Origin: an uncultured bacterium
GTDB taxonomy: Bacteria; Actinomycetota; Acidimicrobiia; Spongiisociales; UBA5794
Assembly (NCBI GenBank): GCA_963777645.1
Contig: CAVZRA010000006.1
Span: forward strand, 180,335 to 244,334
Length of the DNA: 64,000 bases
Direction of reading: 5' to 3'
The notes under the pieces are model-generated. The model was not told the origin of the DNA. It made no database searches and was given only the letters and a program-made list of their open reading frames with translations. Each line of letters starts with the position of its first letter. Position 1 is the stretch's first letter. Below, piece after piece: positions 1 to 9,161 of this stretch. A program made the translations under genes and the position numbers.

Positions 1-260
1 CAATCGGAGGCAACAGCAGACAGATTCGGGTTGTGCGACAGCTCCTGCTCGGCCTTCATGTGCTTCGACCAGGCGAGTGCATCGTCGGTGAGGTCCGCGC
101 TCATCGTCACCGGTGCCAGCCCCGAGGCGGCCCGAGCCTGGTTGAGCATGGCGATGGCGTCGCTCTCGTAAGAGCCTGCTGAAGCGGCAGGCACCGCGAG
201 ACAGACGGCCAGGATTGTTGTGGTGAGCAGCGTTATGAGGCGTCTGGCCAGCACAGCCAT
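1..260 (-). CDS. CAP/SCP (PR-1-like) domain secreted protein, 5' part only (C-terminus lies beyond window start)
   Basis: Reverse-strand translation from ATG at about 258-260 gives MAVLARRLITLLTTTILAVCLAVPAASAGSYESDAIAMLNQARAASGLAPVTMSADLTDDALAWSKHMKAEQELSHNPNL. It has a signal peptide plus a CAP-domain-like HNP/LxW pattern. Confidence 0.45.
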   Translation of the reverse strand, partial: MAVLARRLITLLTTTILAVCLAVPAASAGSYESDAIAMLNQARAASGLAPVTMSADLTDDALAWSKHMKAEQELSHNPNLSAVASD

Positions 261-582
261 TGCGTGATCCTCTGGTCGCAGGATTACCGAACACGCTGCG
301 TATCGTCCGGTAATGGAGGTTGCTTGAGGAATTGGCTGCAGAAAGTAGCCGGTCTAAAGCCCATATTGGGTAGGGACTATCGGCCCTAGTAACCCGAGGA
401 TGCCTCTGATAGCAGCAATCCTCAATGGATACAGGCTTTGTGACTTTTCCGGATGGTAACCAGGCCGAATGTTCAGCAAGACCTTACGACCACACTATGT
501 ATTCGCTAACTACTTCCTAAGAAGCCAGCGAACTAGTCATCCAAACACGGAGAGTGTAGAAGGTCCTGGTTATTGTCGTTGC

Positions 583-2052
583 TCAGGACCCGGCCATGTC
601 CTCGGCGACGGCGACGAGGGTCGCTACCGCAAAACCAGTTCCACCCTTGGCCATGTACCCGTCGTCACCGTCGGCGCGAGCCGGTCCTGCGATGTCGAGA
701 TGCACCCAGGGAAGCCCGGCAGTGAATTCACGGAGGAAGAGCGCCGCCGTGATCGCTCCCCCGTAGCGATCGCCGATGTTCTTGAGATCCGCTATCGGAG
801 AATCGAGCTTGGAGCGGTAGTCGTCTTCGATTGGCAGTCTCCACATGCGCTCACCGGCACGCTTGGCCGCGCCCATGACCAATTCTGCTGCCTCGTCGTC
901 GGAGCCGAAGAGGCCACCGATCTTGGCCCCGAGCGCAACCTTGCACGCCCCGGTCAGGGTGGCAATGTCGACCATCAGGTCCGGCTCCGACTCTGCGGCG
1001 AGCGAGAGTCCGTCCGCAAGCACCAGACGGCCCTCAGCATCTGTGTTGAGCACCTCGACGGTCTTGCCGTTCCTAGCCGTGAAGATGTCTCCCGGGCGTT
1101 GCGCGGCGCCGCCGGTCATATTCTCGGTGAGTGGAGCGATTCCGAGCACGTTCACGTTCAGGCCGAGCGTGGCAATCGCCCGCATCGTGCCGAAGACAAC
1201 GGCTGCTCCGGACATATCGGTCTTCATCGTTTCCATGCCCGACGCCGGTTTGATGGACAGGCCACCGCTGTCGAAGACGATTCCCTTGCCGATCAACGCC
1301 AATGTGCTCGTCGCACCGTCCGGGTGATAATTCAGCACGACCAGCCGCGGCGGGTTGGTTGCTCCAAGCGAAACGGCAAGGAGGCCACCGAAGCCCTCTT
1401 GCTCGATCTGATCCCGGTCATACACGGTGATGTCGATTCCCGCCTCGGCCGCCATGTCCGTGGCGATCCCGGCAAGCACCTCAGGCTTCTTGCTGCCTGC
1501 CGGCTCGTTGATCAGATCTCGAGCCATGGCCACACCTGAAGCAACGGCCTGACCGTGGGAGATCTCGCCGGCGTCATCGCTGCCCACCAAGACCAGATTT
1601 GTGGTCCGCACAGGTTTGGGGTCGGAGAGATACTTGCCGAATCTGTACTGGCCGAGCAGGAAACCGCAGACGACAGCATCGACGGCACCATCGATGCTGA
1701 TGTCGCTGAGCGTCGTCACCACCGTCTCGTACCGGGTGGCTGCGCGACCTACGATTCCGGCCGCCCTGCGGAGCATGTCGGCGTCGGCCTCTTCGCCCAA
1801 CCCGACGAACAGGATCCTGTTGAACCCGCCCACGCCGGGCACGCTCGCCGTCTGACCCGCCTTGCCCGTGAAGTCCATCCCATCGAGGTACGGCTCGAGC
1901 CAATCGCCAAGCTCCGCGACCACCGCGTCGCCACCTGGACCCCAGCTTCGCTCTTCGAAGACCGGAAGGACCAGCAAATCGCCGGTGACATTCTCGAGAT
2001 GAGCGCTGACGGTGATTTTCATTGCGATTCTGTCTCCTTGCTTGGTGTCCAC
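583..2052 (-). CDS. pepA: leucyl aminopeptidase, M17 family
   Basis: 489-aa ORF. Has the NTDAEGRL signature, the GKGIVFDSGG motif and a typical M17 C-terminal catalytic domain. Confidence 0.9.
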   Translation of the reverse strand: MDTKQGDRIAMKITVSAHLENVTGDLLVLPVFEERSWGPGGDAVVAELGDWLEPYLDGMDFTGKAGQTASVPGVGGFNRILFVGLGEEADADMLRRAAGIVGRAATRYETVVTTLSDISIDGAVDAVVCGFLLGQYRFGKYLSDPKPVRTTNLVLVGSDDAGEISHGQAVASGVAMARDLINEPAGSKKPEVLAGIATDMAAEAGIDITVYDRDQIEQEGFGGLLAVSLGATNPPRLVVLNYHPDGATSTLALIGKGIVFDSGGLSIKPASGMETMKTDMSGAAVVFGTMRAIATLGLNVNVLGIAPLTENMTGGAAQRPGDIFTARNGKTVEVLNTDAEGRLVLADGLSLAAESEPDLMVDIATLTGACKVALGAKIGGLFGSDDEAAELVMGAAKRAGERMWRLPIEDDYRSKLDSPIADLKNIGDRYGGAITAALFLREFTAGLPWVHLDIAGPARADGDDGYMAKGGTGFAVATLVAVAEDMAGS

Positions 2053-2576
2053 ACCTCTTCTGCGGCGCGGGCCAGCATGTATAGGTAGTCGGCGAGCCTG
2101 TTGACGTACGCCAGGACATGACTGTCGTCGAGGCCCTCAGCGCGCAAGTGGGTGACGATGCTCCGCTCGGCGCGTCGGGCGGTGGTCCTGGCCAGATCCA
2201 GAGCTGCGCCAAGCCTGGTGTTGCCCGGCACGACAAACACCTCGGGCGCTCCGCGCTCCTTGGTGATCTTGTCGATGGCCTCCTCGAGATCGCTGATCAT
2301 CTCGACGGTGACCCTGGTCTCCCCATCAACGAGCTTGTCCCGGTTCTCGGAAGCCGTTGCCAGTTCGGCGCCGACGATGAACAGGCTGCGCTGAATGCGC
2401 AACAGCTCCGAGTAGAAATCGGACCCGGGGTCGGTCTCAGCTCTTGCCAGTCCGATACAAGCCCCGGTTTCGTCGATCTCCCCATACGCGGCGGGGCCTG
2501 TGGCGTCCTTGGCGACTCGACCACCGTAAAACAGACCGGTGGTGCCGTCATCGCCCTTGCGTGTGTAGATCTTCAC
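2019..2576 (-). CDS. PduO-type ATP:cob(I)alamin adenosyltransferase
   Basis: 185 aa. N-terminus MKIYTRKGDDGTTGL is the hallmark of PduO/MMAB adenosyltransferases. The 3' end overlaps the pepA start. Confidence 0.85.
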   Translation of the reverse strand: MKIYTRKGDDGTTGLFYGGRVAKDATGPAAYGEIDETGACIGLARAETDPGSDFYSELLRIQRSLFIVGAELATASENRDKLVDGETRVTVEMISDLEEAIDKITKERGAPEVFVVPGNTRLGAALDLARTTARRAERSIVTHLRAEGLDDSHVLAYVNRLADYLYMLARAAEEVWTPSKETESQ

Positions 2577-3252
2577 CCGGCGATCCTACCGACCCGCAAT
2601 CAACATCCTGCCGACAACAACAACCCCGAACGACGTCATCACACCAAGGTACGACAATCCGGTGGCCGCCATCACCCCCGAGTACGCTGGCTCCCGAAGA
2701 GAGAACCACACCGCGGCGACGAGCAACGCGCTGAAGCACTACCAGCGCCGCAAACGCTCCGATCATCACCACATCGCCTGCGCCAAATGCTCCGAGCGCG
2801 GTTATCACAATGAGGTCGAGCACTACTCCGGTTGCTGCGGCGAGGTCGAGACACTGCAAGGCAGAACGTGGTAGCCGGGGATCAACCAGGAACCAATGGC
2901 CGAGGGCCATCTCGCTGGTCATACCGCCCAACAGCAGCGACCCCGACAGAGCCGGGACGATCCCTCCTTCGCCGGCTGCCATGACCAGGTACCCCATCGC
3001 TCCCACGGCAAAGAACGCGGCGGACAGCCTCCGGTTGGTTGCGACAACGCCGGCGCCGAGCACAGCAACTGTGGCAATCAACCCGACAGTGGTGTCTCCG
3101 GCTAGCGCAGTGAGCCCACCGACAACCACCACGATGGCCGACAGGAGCCAGTTGAACCCTGGGCCGACGATCGCCCAATACGAGACGACGGCAGCCCCAC
3201 CGGCCATGCCGGCCACCCACATGGCGAGAATCAATGCCGGGGTGACTTCCAT
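2548..3252 (-). CDS. hypothetical polytopic membrane protein
   Basis: Hydrophobic ORF. Start chosen at internal Met (MEVTPALILAMWVAG...). No recognisable family. Confidence 0.35.
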   Translation of the reverse strand: MEVTPALILAMWVAGMAGGAAVVSYWAIVGPGFNWLLSAIVVVVGGLTALAGDTTVGLIATVAVLGAGVVATNRRLSAAFFAVGAMGYLVMAAGEGGIVPALSGSLLLGGMTSEMALGHWFLVDPRLPRSALQCLDLAAATGVVLDLIVITALGAFGAGDVVMIGAFAALVVLQRVARRRGVVLSSGASVLGGDGGHRIVVPWCDDVVRGCCCRQDVDCGSVGSPGEDLHTQGR

Positions 3253-3363
3253 ATAGGTGTAGAACCTAGCGCCCGGTGCGAGGCCATTTGGCCAACTGGC
3301 GTCCTCCACCATGAACCGATCACAAAGCCTCTCCACAAACCGAACCCGACACGTTACTCTGTA

Positions 3364-4062
3364 ATGCAGAGTACTCTGCAATGGTGGTGGGATATGGAGA
3401 AACGCAACATGACAACGGGAATCACCGATCTCGGGCAACTGGAACGCAACGCGTTCAGCCGCTTCTATGACGACGGCCTCGTTGACGTCTACGTCGGCGT
3501 CATGTTGGTGATCACCGGCGCTGCCAATGTGGTCGCCGACGGCACCGAAGTCCCCGGGCAGACCCTGATCTGGATGATGGTGCTTGCCTTCGGTGTCACC
3601 GTCCCCCTATTGATGCTGCGCCGTCACCTGCTGCGAACGAGACTCGGGTCCTTCCAGCCGGGGCCCCAACGCCGTAAGCGAATCAAGGGCACCTGGCTTG
3701 CATTGCTGGCATCGACCGTGCTCGGCGTTGTGATGTTCGGCATAGTCATGTTGCTCGGCGGCGATTTCGACGGTGACACGGTAGGAGTCGTCCTTCCGAT
3801 TGTGTGGTTCGTCAACGGCGTCGTCGTGTTCGGTGCCGGCGCCTACTTCCTTGACGTCCCCCGGTTCTACTTCCACGGTGTCATGTGGGGTCTTGCCATG
3901 CCCCTGCTCATCTGGCCGGACCTCCTGTGGGACTACCGGCTGGCACCATGGCTCGCCCTCGGTATCCCCGGTGGTGTCATCGCCGCCGTGGGCATCGACA
4001 AGCTGTTCACGTTCTTGCGTCGATACCCGGCCGTGCCAATGGTCGGAGATATCGATGCTTGA
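3364..4062 (+). CDS. hypothetical integral membrane protein (partner of downstream wHTH regulator)
   Basis: 232-aa ORF with 5-6 predicted TM segments. The start codon is uncertain (several in-frame Met). The stop overlaps the next gene start (ATGCTTGA). Confidence 0.4.
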   Translation: MQSTLQWWWDMEKRNMTTGITDLGQLERNAFSRFYDDGLVDVYVGVMLVITGAANVVADGTEVPGQTLIWMMVLAFGVTVPLLMLRRHLLRTRLGSFQPGPQRRKRIKGTWLALLASTVLGVVMFGIVMLLGGDFDGDTVGVVLPIVWFVNGVVVFGAGAYFLDVPRFYFHGVMWGLAMPLLIWPDLLWDYRLAPWLALGIPGGVIAAVGIDKLFTFLRRYPAVPMVGDIDA

Positions 4063-4372
4063 CGGGAGCACCCCCGTATCTGCGCAGGTCGACCGACTCA
4101 TCCACGAACCGGCGCGGCTGGCGATCATGACCAATCTCTTCGTCGTCGAATCGGCCAACGCCACGTACCTGCTGCAACAGACCGGGCTCACCTGGGGCAA
4201 TCTCGGCTCGCATCTGAGCAAGCTCGAAGAGGCCGGCTATGTCAACATCAACAAGGGGTACAACGGAAAGAAGCCGGAGACCACGCTCTCGCTTACCGAG
4301 GCAGGGCGCACGGCTTTGATCGAATACCGCCGACATATCCTCGAAGCACTTGCCCCTATGACAAACAGCTAG
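4055..4372 (+). CDS. small winged-helix (MarR/PadR-like) transcriptional regulator
   Basis: 105 aa. MLDGSTPVSAQVDRLIHEPARLAIMTNLF...LSLTEAGRTALIEYRRHI has a wHTH layout. It is translationally coupled to the upstream membrane protein. Confidence 0.5.
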   Translation: MLDGSTPVSAQVDRLIHEPARLAIMTNLFVVESANATYLLQQTGLTWGNLGSHLSKLEEAGYVNINKGYNGKKPETTLSLTEAGRTALIEYRRHILEALAPMTNS

Positions 4373-4386
4373 GCACCGCCAGGCGT

Positions 4387-6330
4387 CTAGCCGAGCCAGC
4401 CGCCGACCCTTGCCGCCACCTGCTCGGGGGTGAACCCGAACTTCTCCCCCAGCACCGGGCCGGGGGCTGAGGCACCAAACCGGTCGATGCCGATGGCGAG
4501 ACCATCCTTGCCGATGATGTCACCCCAGCCGAAGGTGGTACCCGCCTCCACCGAGACGAGCGAGATGCCTTCACCGAGGACACTCGCCTGGTACGAGTCA
4601 TCCTGGCTCAGGAACGCTTTCCGGCAGGGCATCGAAACGACCCTGACCGATGTGCCATCGCCCTCGAGGATGTCGGCAGCACCGAGCACAGTCGCCAGTT
4701 CCGAGCCGGTAGCGACGATAACCACGTCGGAGCCGTCACGGACAACGTATGCGCCCTTGTCGACGGGCACCGGATCGCTGCCACCGACCGGCAAACCCTG
4801 CCGCGACAGGATGAGCGCAGTCGGGCCATCGACCCGGTTCAGCGCCACCTCCCAGGCACCGGCGACCTCGGCAGCATTGCCGGGCCGAATCACCCATAGT
4901 TCGGGGATGGCCCGGAGGGCGGCAACATGCTCGACGGACTGGTGGGTCGGCCCATCCTCACCGAGGAAGATGGAGTCGTGGGTGTACACCCATATGCTGG
5001 GCGCTCCCATCACCGCACCGAGGCGAATGGCGCCACGCATGTAGTCGGAGAAGGTGAGGAATGTGCCGCCGTATGCGCGCATACCGCCGTGGACGTTGAT
5101 GCCATTGACGATTGCTCCCATGGCATGCTCCCTGATCCCGAAGCGTATGTTTCGCCCGCTCCGGTCCGTAGCGGCGAAGTCGCTCGAGGATTTGATCAGG
5201 GTGTTGTTTGACGATGCCAGATCCGCCGAACCACCGACGAGATCGGGACGCTCCTCGGCGATTGCGTTGATCACCGTTCCCGAGATCGCCCTGGTCGCCA
5301 CCTTGGCACCCTGCTCGTATTCGGGCACAGGGATGGTGATGGCACCGGCATTGAAGTGCTTCTGCCAGGCTTCGGCCAGACCGGTGTCACCGGCAAGCTT
5401 CATCTCAAGGTTGCGCTCCCACTCGCTGGCGGCCTGGCGCCGATCATCGAGCGCGTCTGCGAAGAACTTGTAGACCTCAGCCGGGACGTGGAACGGCTCG
5501 TAGGTCCAGCCGAGCTTCTCCTTGGTCAGCTTCACTTCTTCCTCACCGAGGGGCGACCCGTGTGCCGAAGCAGAGTCCTGCTTGTTGGGGCTCCCGAAAC
5601 CGATGTGGGTCTTGCATGAGATCAGCGACGGTCGCTCCTTGTCGGCGAGGGCTGTAGCGATTGCCTCGGCGATTGCCGCCTGATCGTGACCGTCGACTGC
5701 GAGGGTCTGCCATCCGTAGGCATTGAACCGCTTGGTGGTGTCTTCGTTGTAGCTCCACCACTTGGGTCCGACCAGCGTGATGTCGTTGTCGTCGTAGAGG
5801 TAGATGAGCTTGCTCAACGCGAGGTGACCGGCAAGCGAAGCGGCCTCGGAGGCAAGGCCCTCCATGATGTCTCCATCAGAGACGAACGCGTATGTGTGAT
5901 GGTCGATGAGATCCGAGCCGAACCGCTGGTTGAGCTTTGCCTCTGCAATAGCGAACCCGACTGCGGTGGCAAAGCCCTGCCCGAGTGGACCGGTCGTAGT
6001 CTCGATACCGAGCGCTGTGTCACGCTCCGGATGGCCGGGAGTCGGCGAGCCCCACTGACGGAAGCTCTTGATGTCTTCGATACTGATCGGAAAACCGGTG
6101 AGATGGAGCATCGAGTAGAGCAGCATCGATGCGTGCCCATTGGAGAGCACGAAACGATCACGGTTCTCCCAGGTCGGGTTCTTCGGATCGACCCTGAGGA
6201 ACTTGCTCCACAACACAACCGCCATGTCGGCCATACCCATCGGGGCTCCGGGATGACCGGAGTTTGCCTTCTGCACGGCGTCGATCGATAGGGCTCTGAT
6301 CGTGTTTGCCGCTAGCTGTTCGATGTTCAC
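4387..6330 (-). CDS. tkt: transketolase
   Basis: 647 aa. Has the TPP-binding GHPG...GHASMLLY motifs and the transketolase C-terminal domain. Confidence 0.95.
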   Translation of the reverse strand: MNIEQLAANTIRALSIDAVQKANSGHPGAPMGMADMAVVLWSKFLRVDPKNPTWENRDRFVLSNGHASMLLYSMLHLTGFPISIEDIKSFRQWGSPTPGHPERDTALGIETTTGPLGQGFATAVGFAIAEAKLNQRFGSDLIDHHTYAFVSDGDIMEGLASEAASLAGHLALSKLIYLYDDNDITLVGPKWWSYNEDTTKRFNAYGWQTLAVDGHDQAAIAEAIATALADKERPSLISCKTHIGFGSPNKQDSASAHGSPLGEEEVKLTKEKLGWTYEPFHVPAEVYKFFADALDDRRQAASEWERNLEMKLAGDTGLAEAWQKHFNAGAITIPVPEYEQGAKVATRAISGTVINAIAEERPDLVGGSADLASSNNTLIKSSSDFAATDRSGRNIRFGIREHAMGAIVNGINVHGGMRAYGGTFLTFSDYMRGAIRLGAVMGAPSIWVYTHDSIFLGEDGPTHQSVEHVAALRAIPELWVIRPGNAAEVAGAWEVALNRVDGPTALILSRQGLPVGGSDPVPVDKGAYVVRDGSDVVIVATGSELATVLGAADILEGDGTSVRVVSMPCRKAFLSQDDSYQASVLGEGISLVSVEAGTTFGWGDIIGKDGLAIGIDRFGASAPGPVLGEKFGFTPEQVAARVGGWLG

Positions 6331-6399
6331 GATTCCTCCATGGGCGGTTGATCTTCGGTTCGGATCAGGGTACCTTTCCCTGCCCGGCTTTCTGGAATG

Positions 6400-7494
6400 T
6401 CACTCGACAACGGACACTTCACGCGGTGAGTTGTTGAGGCGCTCTACCCCATCGCGGGTGCATACAACTATGTCCTCGATCCGGACGCCAAACTCACCCG
6501 GCAGGTAGATCCCCGGTTCGATCGAGAACGTCATACCCGGAGCGAGTTGCCGGGTGTTTCCGGTGACGATGTAAGGGTCTTCGTGGGTGTCGAGCCCGAT
6601 GCCGTGACCGGTTCGATGGATGAAGAACTCGCCGTACCCTGCGTCTTCGATCACACGACGCGCCGCCGCGTCGACGGACTCAGCGGACACTCCGGGACGA
6701 ACTGCGTCGACCCCCGCCTGCTGGGCGGCTTGCACAACCCCGTGCACCTCCAGGTACCGTGCGGACGGCTTACCGACGTGGAACATCCGCGTGGTATCCG
6801 AGTTGTAGCCGTGGTACTTGCCCCCGAAATCGATCACGATCGAGTCTCCTGCCGTGATCACCCTGGCGCCCGCCTCGTGATGAGGAGACGCCCCGTTCGG
6901 TCCCGAGCCGACGATGGCAAAGTCGACGGTCTCGTTGCCCCCCGCTTTCAGCATCTCGCCGACCTCGTGTGACACCATGGCCTCGGTCTTCCCGGTGAAT
7001 TCGTGAGTGGCGAGGGAACGCACGACGTCGTCTGCCACTTTGCCTGCGCCCCGCAGCATATCGATCTCGGCAGAGTCTTTGACAACGCGCAAGGCCTCCG
7101 ACACGGGCCTGGCAGAGCCAAAGCTCACCCCGGGAACTCTGCGCTGCAGCTCCAGGAGGAAAACCGACCAGGTCTGGTCACCAATCAGCACCCTCCCGGC
7201 CTGACCAAGGTGCCCGGCCACGAGAGAAACGGGATCCTCGGTCTCTGACCAGGCCTCGATGGTGAAGACACCGGGACGCGGCTCCACCCGTGGCGCCTCC
7301 AATTCGGGGACGACGAGAACTGTGTCGCCGTCGCGGGGGACAACCGCCATGGTCAAGCGCTCCAGGGGCATCGCCCTGTAGCCGGTGAGGTAGGGCAAGT
7401 CGGAGCCAAGAGAGACCAGGAGGGCGTCGGCACCCACCTGCTCCAGCTCGTGCCGGGCCCGATCGAGGCGGGACCGGAAGTCGAAACCCGTCAT
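6400..7494 (-). CDS. Xaa-Pro aminopeptidase / M24 family metallopeptidase
   Basis: 364 aa. Pita-bread fold motifs: HRTGHGIGLDTHE and FSIEPGIY. Confidence 0.8.
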   Translation of the reverse strand: MTGFDFRSRLDRARHELEQVGADALLVSLGSDLPYLTGYRAMPLERLTMAVVPRDGDTVLVVPELEAPRVEPRPGVFTIEAWSETEDPVSLVAGHLGQAGRVLIGDQTWSVFLLELQRRVPGVSFGSARPVSEALRVVKDSAEIDMLRGAGKVADDVVRSLATHEFTGKTEAMVSHEVGEMLKAGGNETVDFAIVGSGPNGASPHHEAGARVITAGDSIVIDFGGKYHGYNSDTTRMFHVGKPSARYLEVHGVVQAAQQAGVDAVRPGVSAESVDAAARRVIEDAGYGEFFIHRTGHGIGLDTHEDPYIVTGNTRQLAPGMTFSIEPGIYLPGEFGVRIEDIVVCTRDGVERLNNSPREVSVVE

Positions 7495-9161
7495 GTCTGT
7501 GCGGTCTCCAACGACTCACGGGCATGGTACGAGGAGCGCACCAGCGGCCCTGCCTCAACATGGGCGATGCCAAGCCGCTCCCCTTCCAGGCGGTAGCGGG
7601 CAAACTCATCAGGATGTACGTAGCGGTGCACCCGGCGATGGCGTGCCGTGGGACGGAGATACTGGCCGATAGTGACGAGATCAACGCCTACCGCACGCAT
7701 GTCGGCGAGCGTCGCCATGATCTCTTCCTCGGTCTCCCCCATCCCGACGATGAGCCCCGACTTGACCGTGCCGGAGGGGTTGATCCACTTGGCGCGTGCC
7801 AGCAGCGTCAGCGATCGCCCGTAGTTGGCCGCGGTGCGCACTTCGCGTTGCAGCCGGAGCACCGTCTCGGTGTTGTGGTTGAGCACCGCGGGCTCAGCCG
7901 ACATCACGGTTTCGAGGGCTTCGAGGTCACCCTTGAAGTCCGGGATGAGAACCTCGACGTCACAATCGGGCAGCAACTCCCGGATCCGGGTGATGGTCTC
8001 GGCGAAGACTGCGGAACCGCCATCGTCGAGGTCGTCTCGATTGACGCTGGTGAGCACGGCATGGCGCAGCCCCATGGCGGCAACGGCCTCGGCAGCACGT
8101 CGCGGCTCATCGGCGTCCACATCACCGGGCTTGCCGGTCTGCACATCACAGAAGGCACATGCTCTGGTGCATTTGTCACCGAGCAGCATCAGCGTGCCTG
8201 TACCCGAGGCCCAGCATTCGTAGATGTTGGGACACCCTGCCTCCTCACAGACGGTGTTGAGCTCCTTGCCCCGCATGAGGCGGCGCAGCTCCCGGTAGCC
8301 GTCTGATGAGATGTCGGCCTTGATCCGCATCCACTCGGGTCGGGGTGGCTCACCGGGCAGAAGACCGTTGATGGTGATGGGCACCTCGGCCGGGTGGCCG
8401 CCGGAGAAGACGCCCGCTTCGACCATGGCGTCAACCGCATAGGGCTCACGACGTGCTCCGCGGGCGAAGGCACCGAGCTGAACCTCGGCCGTTTCCTGCT
8501 CGAATGTCCTGACCATGTGTGGGATGAGAACATCAACGAGGTCTTCGATGGTCACCGGCGCATCGGCGACCTCTCTGATCGAAGTGACCGCCCGGTCGGC
8601 AATGCCACAGGGGATGATGTTCCCGAAATAGCCGAGATCGGGATCGACGTTGATGGCGAAGCCGTGCATCGAGACGCCCCTGGCGACCCGGACGCCGATG
8701 GCGGCGATCTTACCCCGAGCCGTCCAAACTCCGGTCAGCCCCTGCTCCGCCCACGACTCGATACCGAGATCGGCGAGGGCGTCGATGATCGCTGATTCGA
8801 TCCGTCGCACGTGGCCGACCATGTCAAAGCCGTTGCTCAGTCGGGGTACCTCGAAGATGGGGTACCCCACCAGCTGACCCGGGCCGTGATAGGTGATGTC
8901 CCCGCCACGATCGACATGATGTATCTCGGCTCCGATGCTGCCCAACTCCGACTCCGGGATGAGCAGATTGGAACCGTCCCCATTTCGACCGACCGTGTAG
9001 GTGTGCGGGTGCTCGAGAAGCAGCAGATAGTCGTCCGTGCTCCGGCCACCAACCCGACCCTCCCAGAAGGCTCTTTGGAGATCCCAGGCCTCGGCATATG
9101 ACAGGCGCCCCAGCCAGCGAACACGTAGCCGGGACCTGGTCACGCCAGTTCCTGCTCCCAA
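7491..9161 (-). CDS. lipA: apparent bifunctional fusion: octanoyltransferase (LipB-type) N-terminal domain + lipoyl synthase (LipA, radical SAM) C-terminal domain
   Basis: Single 556-aa ORF. Residues 1-235 are LipB-like (LLLLEHPHTYTVGR...HGPGQLVGYPI). Residues 270-556 carry the LipA signatures CEEAGCPNIYECW and CTRACAFC. There is no stop codon between the domains. Confidence 0.8.
   Translation of the reverse strand: MGAGTGVTRSRLRVRWLGRLSYAEAWDLQRAFWEGRVGGRSTDDYLLLLEHPHTYTVGRNGDGSNLLIPESELGSIGAEIHHVDRGGDITYHGPGQLVGYPIFEVPRLSNGFDMVGHVRRIESAIIDALADLGIESWAEQGLTGVWTARGKIAAIGVRVARGVSMHGFAINVDPDLGYFGNIIPCGIADRAVTSIREVADAPVTIEDLVDVLIPHMVRTFEQETAEVQLGAFARGARREPYAVDAMVEAGVFSGGHPAEVPITINGLLPGEPPRPEWMRIKADISSDGYRELRRLMRGKELNTVCEEAGCPNIYECWASGTGTLMLLGDKCTRACAFCDVQTGKPGDVDADEPRRAAEAVAAMGLRHAVLTSVNRDDLDDGGSAVFAETITRIRELLPDCDVEVLIPDFKGDLEALETVMSAEPAVLNHNTETVLRLQREVRTAANYGRSLTLLARAKWINPSGTVKSGLIVGMGETEEEIMATLADMRAVGVDLVTIGQYLRPTARHRRVHRYVHPDEFARYRLEGERLGIAHVEAGPLVRSSYHARESLETAQT

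Noticed and set aside
469-1539. 356-aa plus-strand ORF fully overlapping pepA on the opposite strand
   Set aside because: Arg/Gly-rich, no homology, typical antisense open frame of high-GC coding DNA. pepA on the minus strand is clearly the real gene.
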